NCBI GenBank assembly: GCA_963765895.1
Contig: CAVXZB010000032.1
Span: 1-64,000 of the forward strand
Source: an uncultured Nitrososphaeraceae archaeon
GTDB lineage: Archaea > Thermoproteota > Nitrososphaeria > Nitrososphaerales > Nitrososphaeraceae
DNA length: 64,000 nucleotides
Direction: 5' to 3'
Under the pieces are notes generated by a model that saw nothing but the letters and a program-made list of their open reading frames with translations, was not told where the DNA came from and did no database searches. Positions within the stretch are counted from its first letter, which is position 1. The number at the start of each line of letters is the position of its first letter. The translations under genes were made by a program, and so were the position numbers. Positions 33,581 through 46,650 of this stretch are shown here, piece by piece.

Positions 33581-34104
33581 CTACGATGCCCTAAAAAAAT
33601 CAAGATTAACAGTCAAGTCCGGATTGGACGCATGAAAAGCATTGTCAGAGATATTAGTTATCAAATAAACATGTTTTTCTCCTGAAGCCTTATTTGTCAA
33701 TGTGATTGATGCAGGAGAGCTGTCGACAACAAAATGTCCCTCATCATTAGTAGTAAATCCTGATTTCGGAACGTCACTGTATGTACAATCATTTTTGAAT
33801 GTAAAGACTCCAGATTCTGAGGCATCATGCACAGTTCCAGACCATCTCCAATTACCAAATAGTGTGACTCCTGGAAGTTGTGAACCGCATGCATTTTGCT
33901 GTTGCGTCGAGGAGGTGGATGACGCCGATGGTTGAGATGACGTATTTGGTGGGGTGGATAGGGGTGATGAGGGAGCAGTGGGTGTAGGAAGAGTGCCATG
34001 ATTATATGCCACGACTATACCGGTTATGGCTACTATGACTGCTGGACTCCAGTAAGTATACCGGGCAAAGATGTCCAGAACGATTTTTTGTTTTCGTCGC
34101 CCAT
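33581..34104 (-). pseudogene. Membrane-anchored protein with a Pro/Ser linker and a small beta domain (frameshift near 34045)
   Basis: MGDENKKSFWTSLPGILTG joins the frame of 33581..34012. Confidence 0.55.
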
Positions 34105-34576
34105 TGCTAATTTCACTATTTTATATTTTGATGATATGCCGCTACAACACCACTTAGCATGTGATGCTTGTCTGCTTTCAAACTGTGAAATAGGAGTCGA
34201 TAAATCATAAATGTGTCTCAAGTCGCTTCCTTTTAAACTAATACCGAAAATACAAAGGGAAAACAGAAATAGTAAATTCATTATGGGATGCACCTTTATA
34301 ATAAATGTTTATTAGTTTTTCTAACAATTCATTAATACCTGCTCCATATACGAGAAAATATTATAAATAATCTACCTCAAAGTGCACATGGTGGCGGCGT
34401 TAGTGCGAGCAGCAGATGATGGATATATTGCTGAGATAGTAGTAAATTTGAATACAAATAACGCCATTAAAGACTTTTCCATTTATTTTCGAGGTTATTT
34501 TCTATGTTACGGAAGATTTCAGTGCTTATCAGATTCTATAGGAGATCACGTTTAGGAGATGACGTGTCCTAAGCTT

Positions 34577-35197
34577 ATGGCATCAACAGATCTTTTATCA
34601 CTAAAGACGATTACAATGATTGTGGTGATCACATTCTAGGTATCTTTAATTTCGTTTCATGGATCCAATCATAATGTATATGCACAACAAGGCGGATCAG
34701 CTTCTAGTGGACCAGCAACGGGCGGATCAGGTATGACTGGAAGTTTTAATTGTACTGTAGCTTACGCCTGCATTACTCAATCGCCCACGGGTGGATCTGC
34801 TACTAGTGGTCCGGCAACTGGTGGATCAGTTTCAGGTGGGGGAGGAAATAACGTGACATCACATGCTCCACCATTACAATCATCGGATGCAGTTTCATTG
34901 TATAACCTAGGTAACGCTCTTCTTAATCAAGGTAATTATGCAGATGCTATATAATACTTTGACAAAGCATTAGCTATAGATCCAAATTTTAAAGAAGCAT
35001 TAAATGATAAAGGTATGGCCCTCTTTGACCAAAATAATTATGCAGATTCTATGACATATTTTGACAAAGCATTAGCTATAGATCCAAATTATGAAAATGC
35101 AAATAATAATAAACGAATTGCTCAATTTAAGATGGCCAACCCCAATATTAGTCCGAGTAGCAATATTTGCAGTTCGAGTATCAATGGAAGATGTTGA
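34577..35197 (+). pseudogene. Exported Gly/Ser-rich TPR protein with in-frame stops
   Basis: GGSA(T/S)SGPATGGS repeats; TPRs YFDKALAIDPN x2; stops near 34638 and 34952. Confidence 0.7.
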
Positions 35198-35279
35198 TCC
35201 CGGTGGATACTCCTAATTGCCATAGCATATTTCTTTCATTATCTTTTGTCGCCTCCTGTTATTTCAATCGGTGAGATAC

Positions 35280-36531
35280 CTATTTTGTTATTTGTCTTCT
35301 CTCGATCTCCTGTAATCTAGCTGATAAAGATACAAGTTGATCTGATAGTTGGGCTATAGCATCGTCTTTTACTTTATCACGATCTCTCATTGATTGATTT
35401 AATTCCTCTAATTCTTCCACCTTGGTTTGTATATCAGCACCCTGTCTTTCCAGCTGATGGATATTTAGGAAGGTTAAATAGGGTTCGATTTTGCGAAATA
35501 TCTCAGCTTTTTCTGAATCCTTTTTGCGCCAATATGTAGACCCGGAATGTCCTATAAAATATTCAGAGTAATCGGCGTAACCAAGATCGGATATTGTTGT
35601 CTTTACGTATCGTCTAAAAGAATGAAGGGTTATCTGCCTACGTCGTTCGTTACCATCCTCTCTTGCGCCTTTACCATTGCGATCTAATGTCATCTGAAAT
35701 GACTTAACCAAATCGTGATAGAGCCAGAGATAGTTTGGTCTCTCTATATCTTGGTAAACCGCAAATACTAGATCAGTATCATTTTTAGTAGGACTTCGAT
35801 ATTCTGATATGGTTCTTTCTCCATCTTGTCTGTCTGTAACAAACTCTCCTAGTTCGATACTTATAATCCAACCATGATTTTAATTGATGGGCTGCTTCGT
35901 TGGTTAGGAAAATAGTTCTATCAGTTCTTGTCTTTGTATACTGACCTCTTAAGAACAATGTTGCAGGACTGGAGTCCAAATCTAAATCTTTAATACGGAT
36001 TGATAAAGCCTCACCAGCACGCATTCCAGTTGCTGCCAAGAGTAAAACATAAGTCTTTATTCTGATGTCTGATGCAGCATTTAGTATTTCCACAATATCC
36101 TCTTTAGATAATGCCTCCTTGTTTTTTCTGATTGCTCTAGGTAGCTTTACCTTTAGTTTGAATCTTCGCGGGCTAATATCTATATCTTGATATTCAAGAA
36201 AGTTTTTCACAGTCACCACTCGCAGCTTCACTGTAAGTGTTGAAATCTTTTGTTGACTCAAATATTTAGCATACTCGGTTAGAAGGGAATAAGGGTCTTG
36301 TTTACCGTTTTTAATGTTAGAAATAATATCATCTACTCGTTGCGAATATTTCTTCTCAATAAATACTTCAAAAGTCCTGAGCCGTGCATAGTACTCCTTT
36401 GCGGTTAATTCATTCATCATACTGATGTTTGTGATGTAATCTGATATTATCTGACTTGCCGTTGAGTTGCTAGCTTGAACCGTTATAGTTTTCAAACACT
36501 TACCATTAGTCATTAGTCCTTTATATAGCAT
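35280..36531 (-). CDS. Tyrosine recombinase/integrase, one frameshift near 35835
   Basis: ATGMR (R), YTKTR (K), HSFRR, GH and TYW catalytic residues; the frames join by removing one CAGA (or one base). Confidence 0.88.
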
Positions 36532-37162
36532 TTGTATTTATAGCCTATTATTCACTATAAATAGCACAATTTATAATGAATAATAATATCTGCGGACTGT
36601 GTCTGTTAATCCAAATATAGGGATAGTAATTAATGCGGCACAAGTATACTAATTGATTTACATGATCATAAACCCTACTGACCTCGAAACGATTTTGCTA
36701 GATTCCTAGATGCAAGTTGGGCCTTGTTCGTAGCAACTGCGATCCTAGTAATAGTTACAGGTTTTTATGCAATACAAACTTACTGGTTAGCAAATGTGCC
36801 GTTTCGGTCTTTATTATTTGCTAGATTAGCCCATAAAACAAGTGGCACAAAATCCAGCATTGAAGTGAAAATTGAGAATGTAGAAATTGGAGCAGCTGTA
36901 GCAGTTACTTGTAATTATTTAATAGGCTCATTTAATGGGGACTCATTACTAGAAGGATGTCCGGAGCGGATTTACTACCGATAGTATCTGTCACCATGAT
37001 TTCAACTACTTCTCCATCTTTATCAAATATATCCGCCTGTCCTGCCTTTGCAATCTTTTGTTTTTCTTTAGGTCCAAACGTGGCATCACCTTTAATAATA
37101 TATGCAAATAAATCAATTCAAGTTTTTATTATGCTGGTATCATCTATATCCATTAAGTTGAC

Positions 37163-38323
37163 TCACTTGTCCTTTTTGGTGGTACCGCTTCCTGCTTCCT
37201 TCACTTGTTTTACCATACCGCCAACTTGGGATACAACTTTGCTAACGATATTCTCGTTTTGTTTATCTTTACCCTCATCATAGTTTTTATTATCTTTTTT
37301 CTGTTCTTGTTCTTGTTGCTGTTTATTTAGTTCAGAATTCCTCATTTCTTCCTTGGTTTTTTGATGTATTCCATATGGTACTAGCTTATATTCCCCATTG
37401 TTATTGATCTCCACATACCAGCCAGAGCATGCTTTATCTTGGCCATATTGATCCTCAAACCATCTTGGAGTTACCATATCTGCTAGCCATCCCCCAGTAT
37501 TGATTACCTTATTTTCAAAATCGATATAAGGTCTATGCGTATGTCCGAAAATCAGAATTTCGTCTAATTGCATCCCAAGTAGCGGATATCTAGCCTTAGA
37601 CTTGGCAAATTTATCTATTGCATCCATCTCCTTTCGCTGTTCTGCAGTCTGTAGGAAATCAGTTATTTGAGGCTGCCCTCGTGTAAAAACCCTGTGAAAC
37701 GTTTCATGTAGATAACTAGCAATGTTTCCTTCAGTATCATTCATCCTACATAGTTGATCTGAAATTTTTTCGTATTCAGATAGTTTCATAGATATCAATT
37801 TCGAGATCACCTCAAGCTCATGCCCATGAACAAGATAGAAGTTCTTCTCGCCACTCTTAATCCTAAAGTATTTGCTAATGTTGTAACAGTTAAAATCAGG
37901 ATAATTATGCGCCGCATCTAGTGTAATATAGTCATGGTTACCAGGAAGATAATATACGTCTTTGAACTGGTTTACCAATGACAATATTTCATCAGATTCA
38001 GTTGAGTAAATGATATCATGCTTTCTCCAAAGATCCCAAAAATCGCCAAGAATAAATAACGAATATTCTTTTGAAGTCCCTCTAGAAATAAATTCTGAAA
38101 GAAAATCTGAAAATGCTTTTGAATTACACTTTTCATAACCAAGGTGCAGATCAGATACTATTATTGCTTTATCTATGTTAATCACATTGGGATATCCTTT
38201 ATTAATTAAATTGTCTTTATCAACTGAATTACTAATATTGTGATTCTTACTATCTATTTCCTTGTACTTTGGTTGCTTATTGGTAGTAGCAATAGTTTTA
38301 TTCACTTCCTGTTGCTGAACCAT
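37163..38323 (-). CDS. Calcineurin-like metallophosphoesterase (LpxH-like)
   Basis: SDLHLG, GDFWD, GNHD, HGH, GHTH motifs. Confidence 0.88.
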   Translation of the reverse strand: MVQQQEVNKTIATTNKQPKYKEIDSKNHNISNSVDKDNLINKGYPNVINIDKAIIVSDLHLGYEKCNSKAFSDFLSEFISRGTSKEYSLFILGDFWDLWRKHDIIYSTESDEILSLVNQFKDVYYLPGNHDYITLDAAHNYPDFNCYNISKYFRIKSGEKNFYLVHGHELEVISKLISMKLSEYEKISDQLCRMNDTEGNIASYLHETFHRVFTRGQPQITDFLQTAEQRKEMDAIDKFAKSKARYPLLGMQLDEILIFGHTHRPYIDFENKVINTGGWLADMVTPRWFEDQYGQDKACSGWYVEINNNGEYKLVPYGIHQKTKEEMRNSELNKQQQEQEQKKDNKNYDEGKDKQNENIVSKVVSQVGGMVKQVKEAGSGTTKKDK

Positions 38324-39574
38324 AATGGAACGCTTCCTTAGAATTAATATCTCTGTATGACTTATAGGTGTTTTTAAATATAATTAAGATTTGAAATTGA
38401 AAAGCAAAGACAAATTAAATGAACGAAGGAATATATGAAAATGTAAAAATAAGCCAGAAGATATAACTTGATAAATCAACAATTAGAAGTTATGCCCTCT
38501 AAAGATATGCTGTCACAGCCGAGAATCCAGATGTTGAAAGACTACATATTTACATCTCTAGATTGATCTAGATAAGGCCTATATCATAGTTAGACAATAA
38601 TGTCTCAACCTATCCGAAATTAATGGATATTACCACATTTGATAACAAAAAAATACTTACCTCTTAGGTCTAAACAACTAGACAAGTTAATTCCTCCTCT
38701 TTTAATACTGTGGATTCTAAAAATGAATTAGATTACTATCATCCTGACCTTACCAAACCCTCAGAGATTTCTGACCATATAAAAAACAGATTCTTCCCAT
38801 ATTCAGACAGTATAAGAATAATACTAAAATTAAGCACCCGCAGATTACATACTTGGATGGACTCGAGCATCATTCTGACAATCACAAATTCTTGATCCGT
38901 ATGACTGCAAAAACAAGGCGAAAAAGTTAAAGCTTCAGTTTCGTAGACTTTTAGCTACCTATTACACATTTTATATGTTCAGCAATTTTTGCAGCAAGGA
39001 TTCGAGAGAACATACCGTGATAATCGACGAAACTATTTTACATATTGGTTCAGATTGTGCACGGTTATAGGTTGCTATTGTAAAACCAGTACTTAAGCAA
39101 ATTCTTGGAGTTTGTTTACATCTCAAGACATAGAATAGGTTATTGCTGAATCATATCGAGCTAAAAAATTCGAAGAGATCGAATCACAGTCAAATATGGA
39201 TAAACAGACTTTTCATGATAGGTTTACAGATGTAAAAGTTTGATCTAAAGTATAGAAAATATCTATGATTCCTATCGTAATTCTATCACAATAAACTACT
39301 GTTAGTTCTTGATAAAATCGATTCTGAAGTTTCTTGAGTGAGTGATAGCGTGGAGAATACCAGAAATATAATACCCGGAGAAATTAGATAAGACTCTCGT
39401 TAGGTTGGGCATATCATTGGACGATTATGTCAGTTTCTCCTTTCATATTTATAGTCAGATCGGGATTTGCTCAATAATCGATTTGAGGTATTTCTTGCGT
39501 AGATTTAGACCTTTATTAATGGTCAATGTTTTTTCTATAACAAATGAATCGATTGTGACTCGAATATTTAAGAT

Positions 39575-39934
39575 TTGAATTGGAACATCTATTTCATGGC
39601 AATGTCACTTCCCTTATCTAATATGAAGAAAGATCTAGAGGAATTGGTATCTATAATCATTGAAGAACACATATCAAGAATGAAACTCGACAGACTGTTC
39701 CTGTTCGGTTTTACTGAAGATAAGAATAAAAGATTACTAGAGATTAGAGAATTCTTGAAAGAAGAATCTGATATAGCATTTATTACAGGTATTGAAGATA
39801 GCAATATCTCAGATAAATTTGGAGACAAAATTACTGATGTCGTATCCATATACGATACAGAGGAATTAGGTATGTTATTCAATTGCATCAACTTAGTTCT
39901 AAACGACCGGAATCTAGAAGATACAAAATACTGA
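39575..39934 (+). CDS. Hypothetical protein
   Basis: Open 119-aa acidic ORF; no motif recognised. Confidence 0.4.
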   Translation: MNWNIYFMAMSLPLSNMKKDLEELVSIIIEEHISRMKLDRLFLFGFTEDKNKRLLEIREFLKEESDIAFITGIEDSNISDKFGDKITDVVSIYDTEELGMLFNCINLVLNDRNLEDTKY

Positions 39935-39997
39935 GTCTAAGTAACTAAACATGAACCTACAATAGAAAAATCTATTTACTTACCAGTATTATCTAGT

Positions 39998-41026
39998 TGT
40001 TGTACTTACAGACATAGGTGACAATATAGCTTACAGACATGGGTTACACTTCTGCTGTCAGGAAGTGTATCCATATAGAAATCAAAACAAAGTTTAATCT
40101 AATACATGAAAAAGAATGGTCTGGAGACACGATATCCAATATTAAGAGATACGGTACATCCAGAAAGACGTACTATAAGTGGAATAATAGATACAAACAG
40201 AAAGGAATTGAAGGTTTATCAGATACCTCAAGAAGACCCTGTAATATCAACTACAAGAAAATAACATCAGAAGTAGAGGAAACCATACTTGATATACGAT
40301 TAACCAAGCGATTTGGATGTAACAGAATCAAGTTTAGATTGAGAAGGATTGTTGGAATGTCATTAAGCACTAGAATTATAGACAAGATACTAAAAAGACA
40401 TGGTCTTAACATACTCAAGTGTAGGCTAAAATAAGAAGCTACAAACGCTTCGTAATGAAGCATCCAAATGATATGGTACAGATGGATATCATTGGCCCTT
40501 TCTATCTGAATAATTCTAGTCAAGGGAATTACATCATCAGCTGTCTAGATGATTGTTCAAGAATAGTAGAAAGCAGATGGTCTGAAAGAAGAGGTCAATA
40601 GATGTTCTCAATGTATTAGAGGATTGGATAATGATTAATGGCAAACCTGATAGGGTAATGCATGATAATGGCAAGCAGTTTACATCTACCATATTCAGAC
40701 GCTTTCTAGTCCATAATCATATCAAGGATAACGCATTCCAAATTGCTATCCGCAGTTACAAGGGAAAATAGAAGCATATAACAAGATAGTAAAGAATGAG
40801 TTTCTAGCAGTGGAAGATATACCAAACATAGACGATGGAAAGCTAGGTATGATATGTTTGTAAAGGCGTACAATGAAACTAGAGAACATGGAGGAATAAA
40901 CGGTCTTACTCCATCAGAAATGTTTCTACAAAGATTAATTACAGCCACCATACATACAAGAACTAAGCAGCAAAGTGTAACCCATGTAGGTAATCAGAAA
41001 TGTAACCTATCTATGTAAGTACAACA
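39998..41026 (+). mobile_element. IS481-family element with broken transposase
   Basis: TIRs TGTTGTACTTACAGACATAGGTGACA / TGTAACCTATCTATGTAAGTACAACA; flanks TCTAGT/TCTAGA (NCTAGN-type target); HTH (YYKWNNRY..GL.D.SRRP) and rve core (QMDIIGP, DDCSR, DNGKQFTS, GKIEAYN). Confidence 0.9.
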
Positions 41027-42199
41027 TCTAGATAAAGCAGTATCTATAAATCCTACTTCATGATACCTTGTAGGGTTAATTGCAGTCCCCATTATTCTAC
41101 TGGTATAGCGTTGTTTTTGGAGATACGTATATACCCACTGTATAACCATTAATTAATCAACTACATATTTCATCTTATTTCAAAAAGTCTGATAGATTAG
41201 TTTGTTTTGTGTTGCCGGTTATTCCTTCTTTGGTTTGGGGCACCACAACATCATTCCATGTTACTTCTGACAAATCCAACATTTTTCTGAATTTGTTGGC
41301 AGTTCCTAGACCGAATCCAGCATAATGATTGTTTGCTGCTACAATCGCTTGTCATGGGCACTTGGTTCTTCCTTGTTCGATACTGGGATAGCAGGATGAT
41401 GACTAACTTTTCGAGTAGGTTCGGCTGTTCATCTAATTCTAGTTTTTAGCTGCATCAGTACCAAGATTTGTCTCTTCAATTCCTTGTTTATGGCTCATTG
41501 ATATAATTATGCCAAAGTTCTAAATACGTTTCAGTTATAAACAATATTCCGAAAAGAAACTAGAACTTAATTACTGGTATAAGCTGCGCGTCAACGATAA
41601 ATAATGTAATTGGTTATGAATTTCCTCTTGATTATATTTTATTAAATGGATCACACTACATTTCTTTGAACAAGACTAGATATATTATATTAATCGAATA
41701 AGCCATATTATAATGTTAAAAAAATAATGTTGTACATCACTAATAATGAGTCAGCCAGATGCCAATCTAGTAAATAATGAAAGAAACGAAAGACTTCAGC
41801 TCATAGATACTATGAAAGCTCCTATTATACAAATAGGAAAGACTGCAGGATATGAAGTAATAGAGAATTAGGATTTGGGCCCTGGACCAATTCATATTAC
41901 ATGGGTAGTTAAACCTTGTAACAATAATGAAACTCTTCCAGATATGAGATTAGGATTTATGTGCCTTACCGAATTCTCTGAAACTTTATTAAATGAAGCA
42001 ATTGAGGTCAAATGCTAAACCCAATTGACAAATTGGTCTTGGTAGTTCCAACAGAAACAATGACAAAATTTGTATAAGTATTATAATTTATAGCCTAAAT
42101 ATGAATAGGTAAATCGCTAACTTGATTGTTTATTTATGATATACATATCTTAACATGCATATCTTATACTTACTTAAATTATGGGAGTGTTATTTATTA

Positions 42200-42559
42200 C
42201 TATAATAGTGCAAGTACCATCTGATTTAGTTTATATAATGATACAGGTTTTTCTATATATCCCTTTACATCTGATGGTAGAAATCCCTTTTGAAAAGCAG
42301 AATATTCATACTCAAATGCACTCATAAGCAAAATCTTCATGTTGGATTTTATTTTTTTTATTTGCTGTACAAATTCATAGCCATTAAGATGTGGCATCTT
42401 AATATCTGAGATTACAAGATCGTAATTGGATGGTGTCTGCCTAAATGTTTCCAAGGCCATTAACGGATCAGTAAAAGATGATACTGAAAGACCTGCCTTC
42501 TCTAGACTAATCTTGATTATCGATATAATATCACAATCGTCATCGACTATGAGTATCAA
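42200..42559 (-). CDS. Single-domain response regulator (CheY-like)
   Basis: ILIVDDD, SDIKMP, MSA, KPV. Confidence 0.9.
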   Translation of the reverse strand: MILIVDDDCDIISIIKISLEKAGLSVSSFTDPLMALETFRQTPSNYDLVISDIKMPHLNGYEFVQQIKKIKSNMKILLMSAFEYEYSAFQKGFLPSDVKGYIEKPVSLYKLNQMVLALL

Positions 42560-43124
42560 TCTTATGGAGTATCACTAAAATACCGAACTATTTAATATAT
42601 TCTCTGATTAAATTAACTAAATAACAACAAAAAATGATATGTAATTAGCTAATTAGCTAATAATAAAGACTGTTTATTTTATACATCATCGAGATGATTT
42701 TAGTTGGTAAAAATAATTAAGATGAGCCTTTATCTATCTTATCAGATTATTGAATCTAATTGGTCATCAATGCATGTGACTAAATAGTTAAAGATTGGTG
42801 ATTAGAAGTGTAACACACAATATTTCAACGTATGGTGGCACATAATATCCACAAGTATGTAGTTTTCTAGATATCTGACATCATAATCGTTCATCTATTA
42901 AAAAAAGCTTTATAGAAAATAACTATACATTATATAAAAAGATAGAACTGAACGTTCTGATGGCTACTTCTCATTGGAAAGACAATGATTGTAAGCTAAG
43001 CATGTCATAAATTGTTTGAGTTTATTTATAGATGCATAATTGAGATTGTGGAAAAGATTGTTAAGTGAAACAGAGCTTATTTTACATGTTATCTTTATTA
43101 GAAGTAAGTACCATATCGGTTCAA

Positions 43125-43320
43125 ATGACTCATGTTGCAAAAATTATAGAACTCGTAGGCAGCTCGATATTGATGGAAAGAGGCAGCACAAGCAGCAGTA
43201 GATGAAGCTAAGAAGTCTATAAATGGAATAAATGGTGTTGAAATTACAAAGATGACTGCATAGTGGGAAGAATACTCAGTATCGAGCTATTGTAAAATAT
43301 CATTTGGTTTAGAACACTAG
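43125..43320 (+). pseudogene. Dodecin pseudogene
   Basis: MTHVAKIIELVGSS..WKEAAQAAVDEAKKSINGI..QYRAIVKISF across frameshifts; paralog of 46651..46860. Confidence 0.75.
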
Positions 43321-43729
43321 CACTTAAACTTTTATGGATTAAAATTTGTTATTTGTTGTCGGATTAGTTAAGAATAACCAGAATTGATTAGTATTTAGAT
43401 TCGATATTTTTATTAACATAGCATTTAGACGTATCGATATTGACCTACATATTCATAACTATTAATATGAAGTAAGCATCTACATTTGTTGATATATGAT
43501 AGACAAGATAACCAACGGATATCAGGATATCAGTCTAATAATTATTATCAAATCACTAGTATTTTGAAAAGATCTTTATTATAGGCAAAAGTGAAGAAGC
43601 AGTAAGATGATAAATAACAGTTAAACATATTCTCTTTCTTGTTCGTCTGCAGTAGTGATCATTATTTATCGTATATACTATAAAAGATACAAATCCACAC
43701 AATCCATTTTATTTAATGTGTATGGTTAG

Positions 43730-44686
43730 GGCCATGTAGAAATCATCACAAAAATGACAATATTCGTTAGCCTGTGCATGTTATAGGCTATGCATCTGAA
43801 TGATAGTTCCCTGTTCTGTGTTTTTACTAGCCTTGAAGAAATATATTCTCCAAATAGTCGTTTTATGACAGACATTATGGTCTCATCCTTGTTTCGTTGA
43901 TTGTACAATAGTTCGTTATATCCACGTTTCATCTGCTTTCTATATCTGCCATGTGTTCTCCATATCGGTACATGTTCATATCGAGCTGGAATAACACTGA
44001 ATGCATGCAAGGTTTCTCTTACCAACTGATGATTATCTTCATTATCATATCCCTTATCAGCTGTAACTACGGATAGTGGTAGAATTTCAGCTATTCTTGT
44101 TATGATTGGCTTGAAATCTACATTATCATGTCTTGTAGGAGCTCGTCTTATCCTTATGTTGCAGATAATCTGTTGTAATACATCGGCTCCAATAGATAAT
44201 TTCGCATATTTTCTTGTTGCTTCTATTCGTTCATCATAATACTGTGAAGCATGAGTTATTTTAAATCCTGTTGAATCTATTCCTACAAAGATATGCTTCG
44301 TACAGCTAATTACAATGAATGACGAAATTATCTTCTCAAGCAGTGAATTGCTAATTCTGTCTGTCTGTAAACTTTTGCAATGTTGTAAAATGAGGAATAC
44401 GTGACAATCGTAGGTACGATCTAAGGTAATATGCCTCGACTAACCACTCGACAAACATCCTATAACTCTTACCTTCGTACTGTCTTATTGTAAGTAATAC
44501 TAAATGCTGCCATATCATAAATACATGATTGCTCTTTCTGTGAAGAAACAATGGTATCCTTGAATTTCTCAAGACACGGTACATAGTATTAGCCAGCCTA
44601 ACATATCTTTGATTCTTTCAACATCCATATTGGATCATACGTCTAGAAAGCTCTAACGGTATTCAGAACATGGTTTCTACAGAGCC
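43730..44686 (-). mobile_element. IS5-family element, copy C (near-identical to copy A), frameshifted transposase
   Basis: Same TIRs as copy A; 8-bp TSD ATGGTTAG (43722-43729, 44687-44694). Confidence 0.93.
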
Positions 44687-44789
44687 ATGGTTAGATAAGG
44701 CTTTCAATATTGAGTACCTTAATTGTAATAAAAATCCCAGATAAATAGCATACCGCTAATATAACTAAAATTTGCAGCATTTATCTTTC

Positions 44790-45910
44790 ATACTATACAT
44801 ACGGTGATTAAGGCCAGAAAAGATAATGACTTAAATACAATAGAACAAGGTGATATATTCTTCTTTATCGGCCAAAAATAGGCATTGAAGAAGTTGAAGG
44901 TATAGAAGATGTACAAAGATTTTACATGGTTACTTCGTCTATGCATAAAAATGAACATGACAGAAGCAAAATATATATCGATTATTTTTAATTGGACAAA
45001 AGCAATTACCACAAATCGTTGAAGGAAAATCAACCTCAAAGGAAAGAAATTGGGCATTAAATATATTGACAACCTCAAACGCAGAAGATATTCATAAAGA
45101 GCTTTTGCCGGCTGAATACACAACTGAGACAAGAGGTAAACGTAGACTCGCAGCCGCTGCACCAGCTGGAGAAGGCAAATACTCAATTGTTAAGCATGAT
45201 GGTCATACTGAATTAGCATATTTGTTGGAGCTTCCTGAGGTACCTGGTCCCACGCAGAAGGAATTTGAAATAAAGAAGGAAGCTAGTTATATAATATCAG
45301 TAAAGAATCCAGAGATAGCGTACCTGGTTTTGCCGCATTTTCTTCTGGTAAGAAACCAGAATATCCCAAGAGATTAATGGAAATGTTTGGAGATAAAAGA
45401 TGGATAGATGTAGAAAACTCAGAATTACTTGATTACGAAAATACGCAACTTTTGTTAATTGGAGCTCGCAAAAAAGATGTGGAAGAAGAACTTGGAATTG
45501 ACATAGATGAACAAAAAGAAACCCAGAGGAGCGCAGATATATTTAAAGAATTAAAGGTAAGAAAAAATGAGGTTCCATTAAAACCTCTATTGAAGGGTAA
45601 ATTTCCAGAAAAAGAAGAGATACCTATGGCGCAAGAGATAAAGCAGTTATCAAAAGATGAAGCTCCAGGAAGAGGGGGAAAGATTGGCGGCAAGGTTGCC
45701 GCAAGTAAGGCACCATCGGCTGTTGCAATAGCAAAATTACTATCTGGAATAGTTTTTCCAAAATATAAAGATAAGGTTATAGAGCATGCAGAAAAGAATA
45801 AGGCAGAATTGGACCAGCCAGAACAGGTGATTGATACTTTAAAGGAGATACCTGATAAAACTTATCATAATATGGCAGAAGTGGAAAAGGCATTAGGAAA
45901 CATAAGATAG
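44790..45910 (+). pseudogene. Frameshifted conserved protein with C-terminal DUF2795-like domain
   Basis: EQGDIFFFYRPK..AAPAGEGKY..HTELAYLLELP..SYIISVKNP..LLLIGAR; tail LSGIVFPKYK..IPDKTY. Confidence 0.65.
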
Positions 45911-45946
45911 GATAAGGTAAGATAAGACAAAAGGTGAACAAGTCCA

Positions 45947-46525
45947 ATGGCTCAATTTACATGCAGTGTTTGTGGAGATGGATTTGAACAGAAATCTCGT
46001 TTACAAAGACATATGGATACTGCACATCCACCACAGGCTCCTTCTGCCGCAGACATTGAAAAAGTATTAGCTGGTATTGACTATCCAAAAATAAAAGATG
46101 ATTTGGTACAATATTCATCTCAAAAAGCATCAACTATAGGTAAAGATCTTTTTGAATTAATAGAATCTCTTCCATCTTGTACATATAGAGATTCTGCCGA
46201 AGTTGCTGTAGCGCTAGGCGAATTAAAGAGCGGGAAGAAGGTAAGAGAGGCAAAGCAAACTGAAGCAATAGAGCAACCTAGTACGCAAGGGGGAAGAACT
46301 GCAGCTACATCTTCTGTATCAGCAGTTGCAATTGCAAAGCTTCTAGCAGGAATAGATTTTCCGAAGAGCAAAAGTAGTTTAAAAAATTATGCAAAGAAGA
46401 ATATATCTAAAATTAATTCTACCAATCCAAATGAAAATGAGATTCTAAACATACTAAATCGTCTGCCAGATAAAGAATATCGTAATATGGCAGATGTTGA
46501 AAAATCAGTTGGCAGCTTGATATAG
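45947..46525 (+). CDS. C2H2 zinc finger + two DUF2795-like domains
   Basis: CSVC..F..L..HMDTAH; repeated LAGID(Y/F)PK..LP..Y. Confidence 0.82.
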   Translation: MAQFTCSVCGDGFEQKSRLQRHMDTAHPPQAPSAADIEKVLAGIDYPKIKDDLVQYSSQKASTIGKDLFELIESLPSCTYRDSAEVAVALGELKSGKKVREAKQTEAIEQPSTQGGRTAATSSVSAVAIAKLLAGIDFPKSKSSLKNYAKKNISKINSTNPNENEILNILNRLPDKEYRNMADVEKSVGSLI

Positions 46526-46650
46526 TAATACCATATGAATGATAAAACTGATGAGAAGATAAGTGGCGGCAAAAACCAATAGGGGGATTTATCTCATAAA
46601 TTCTCCATGTACTATAAGAGTAAATAAATAATTATTTTCTATTTCAAGTC

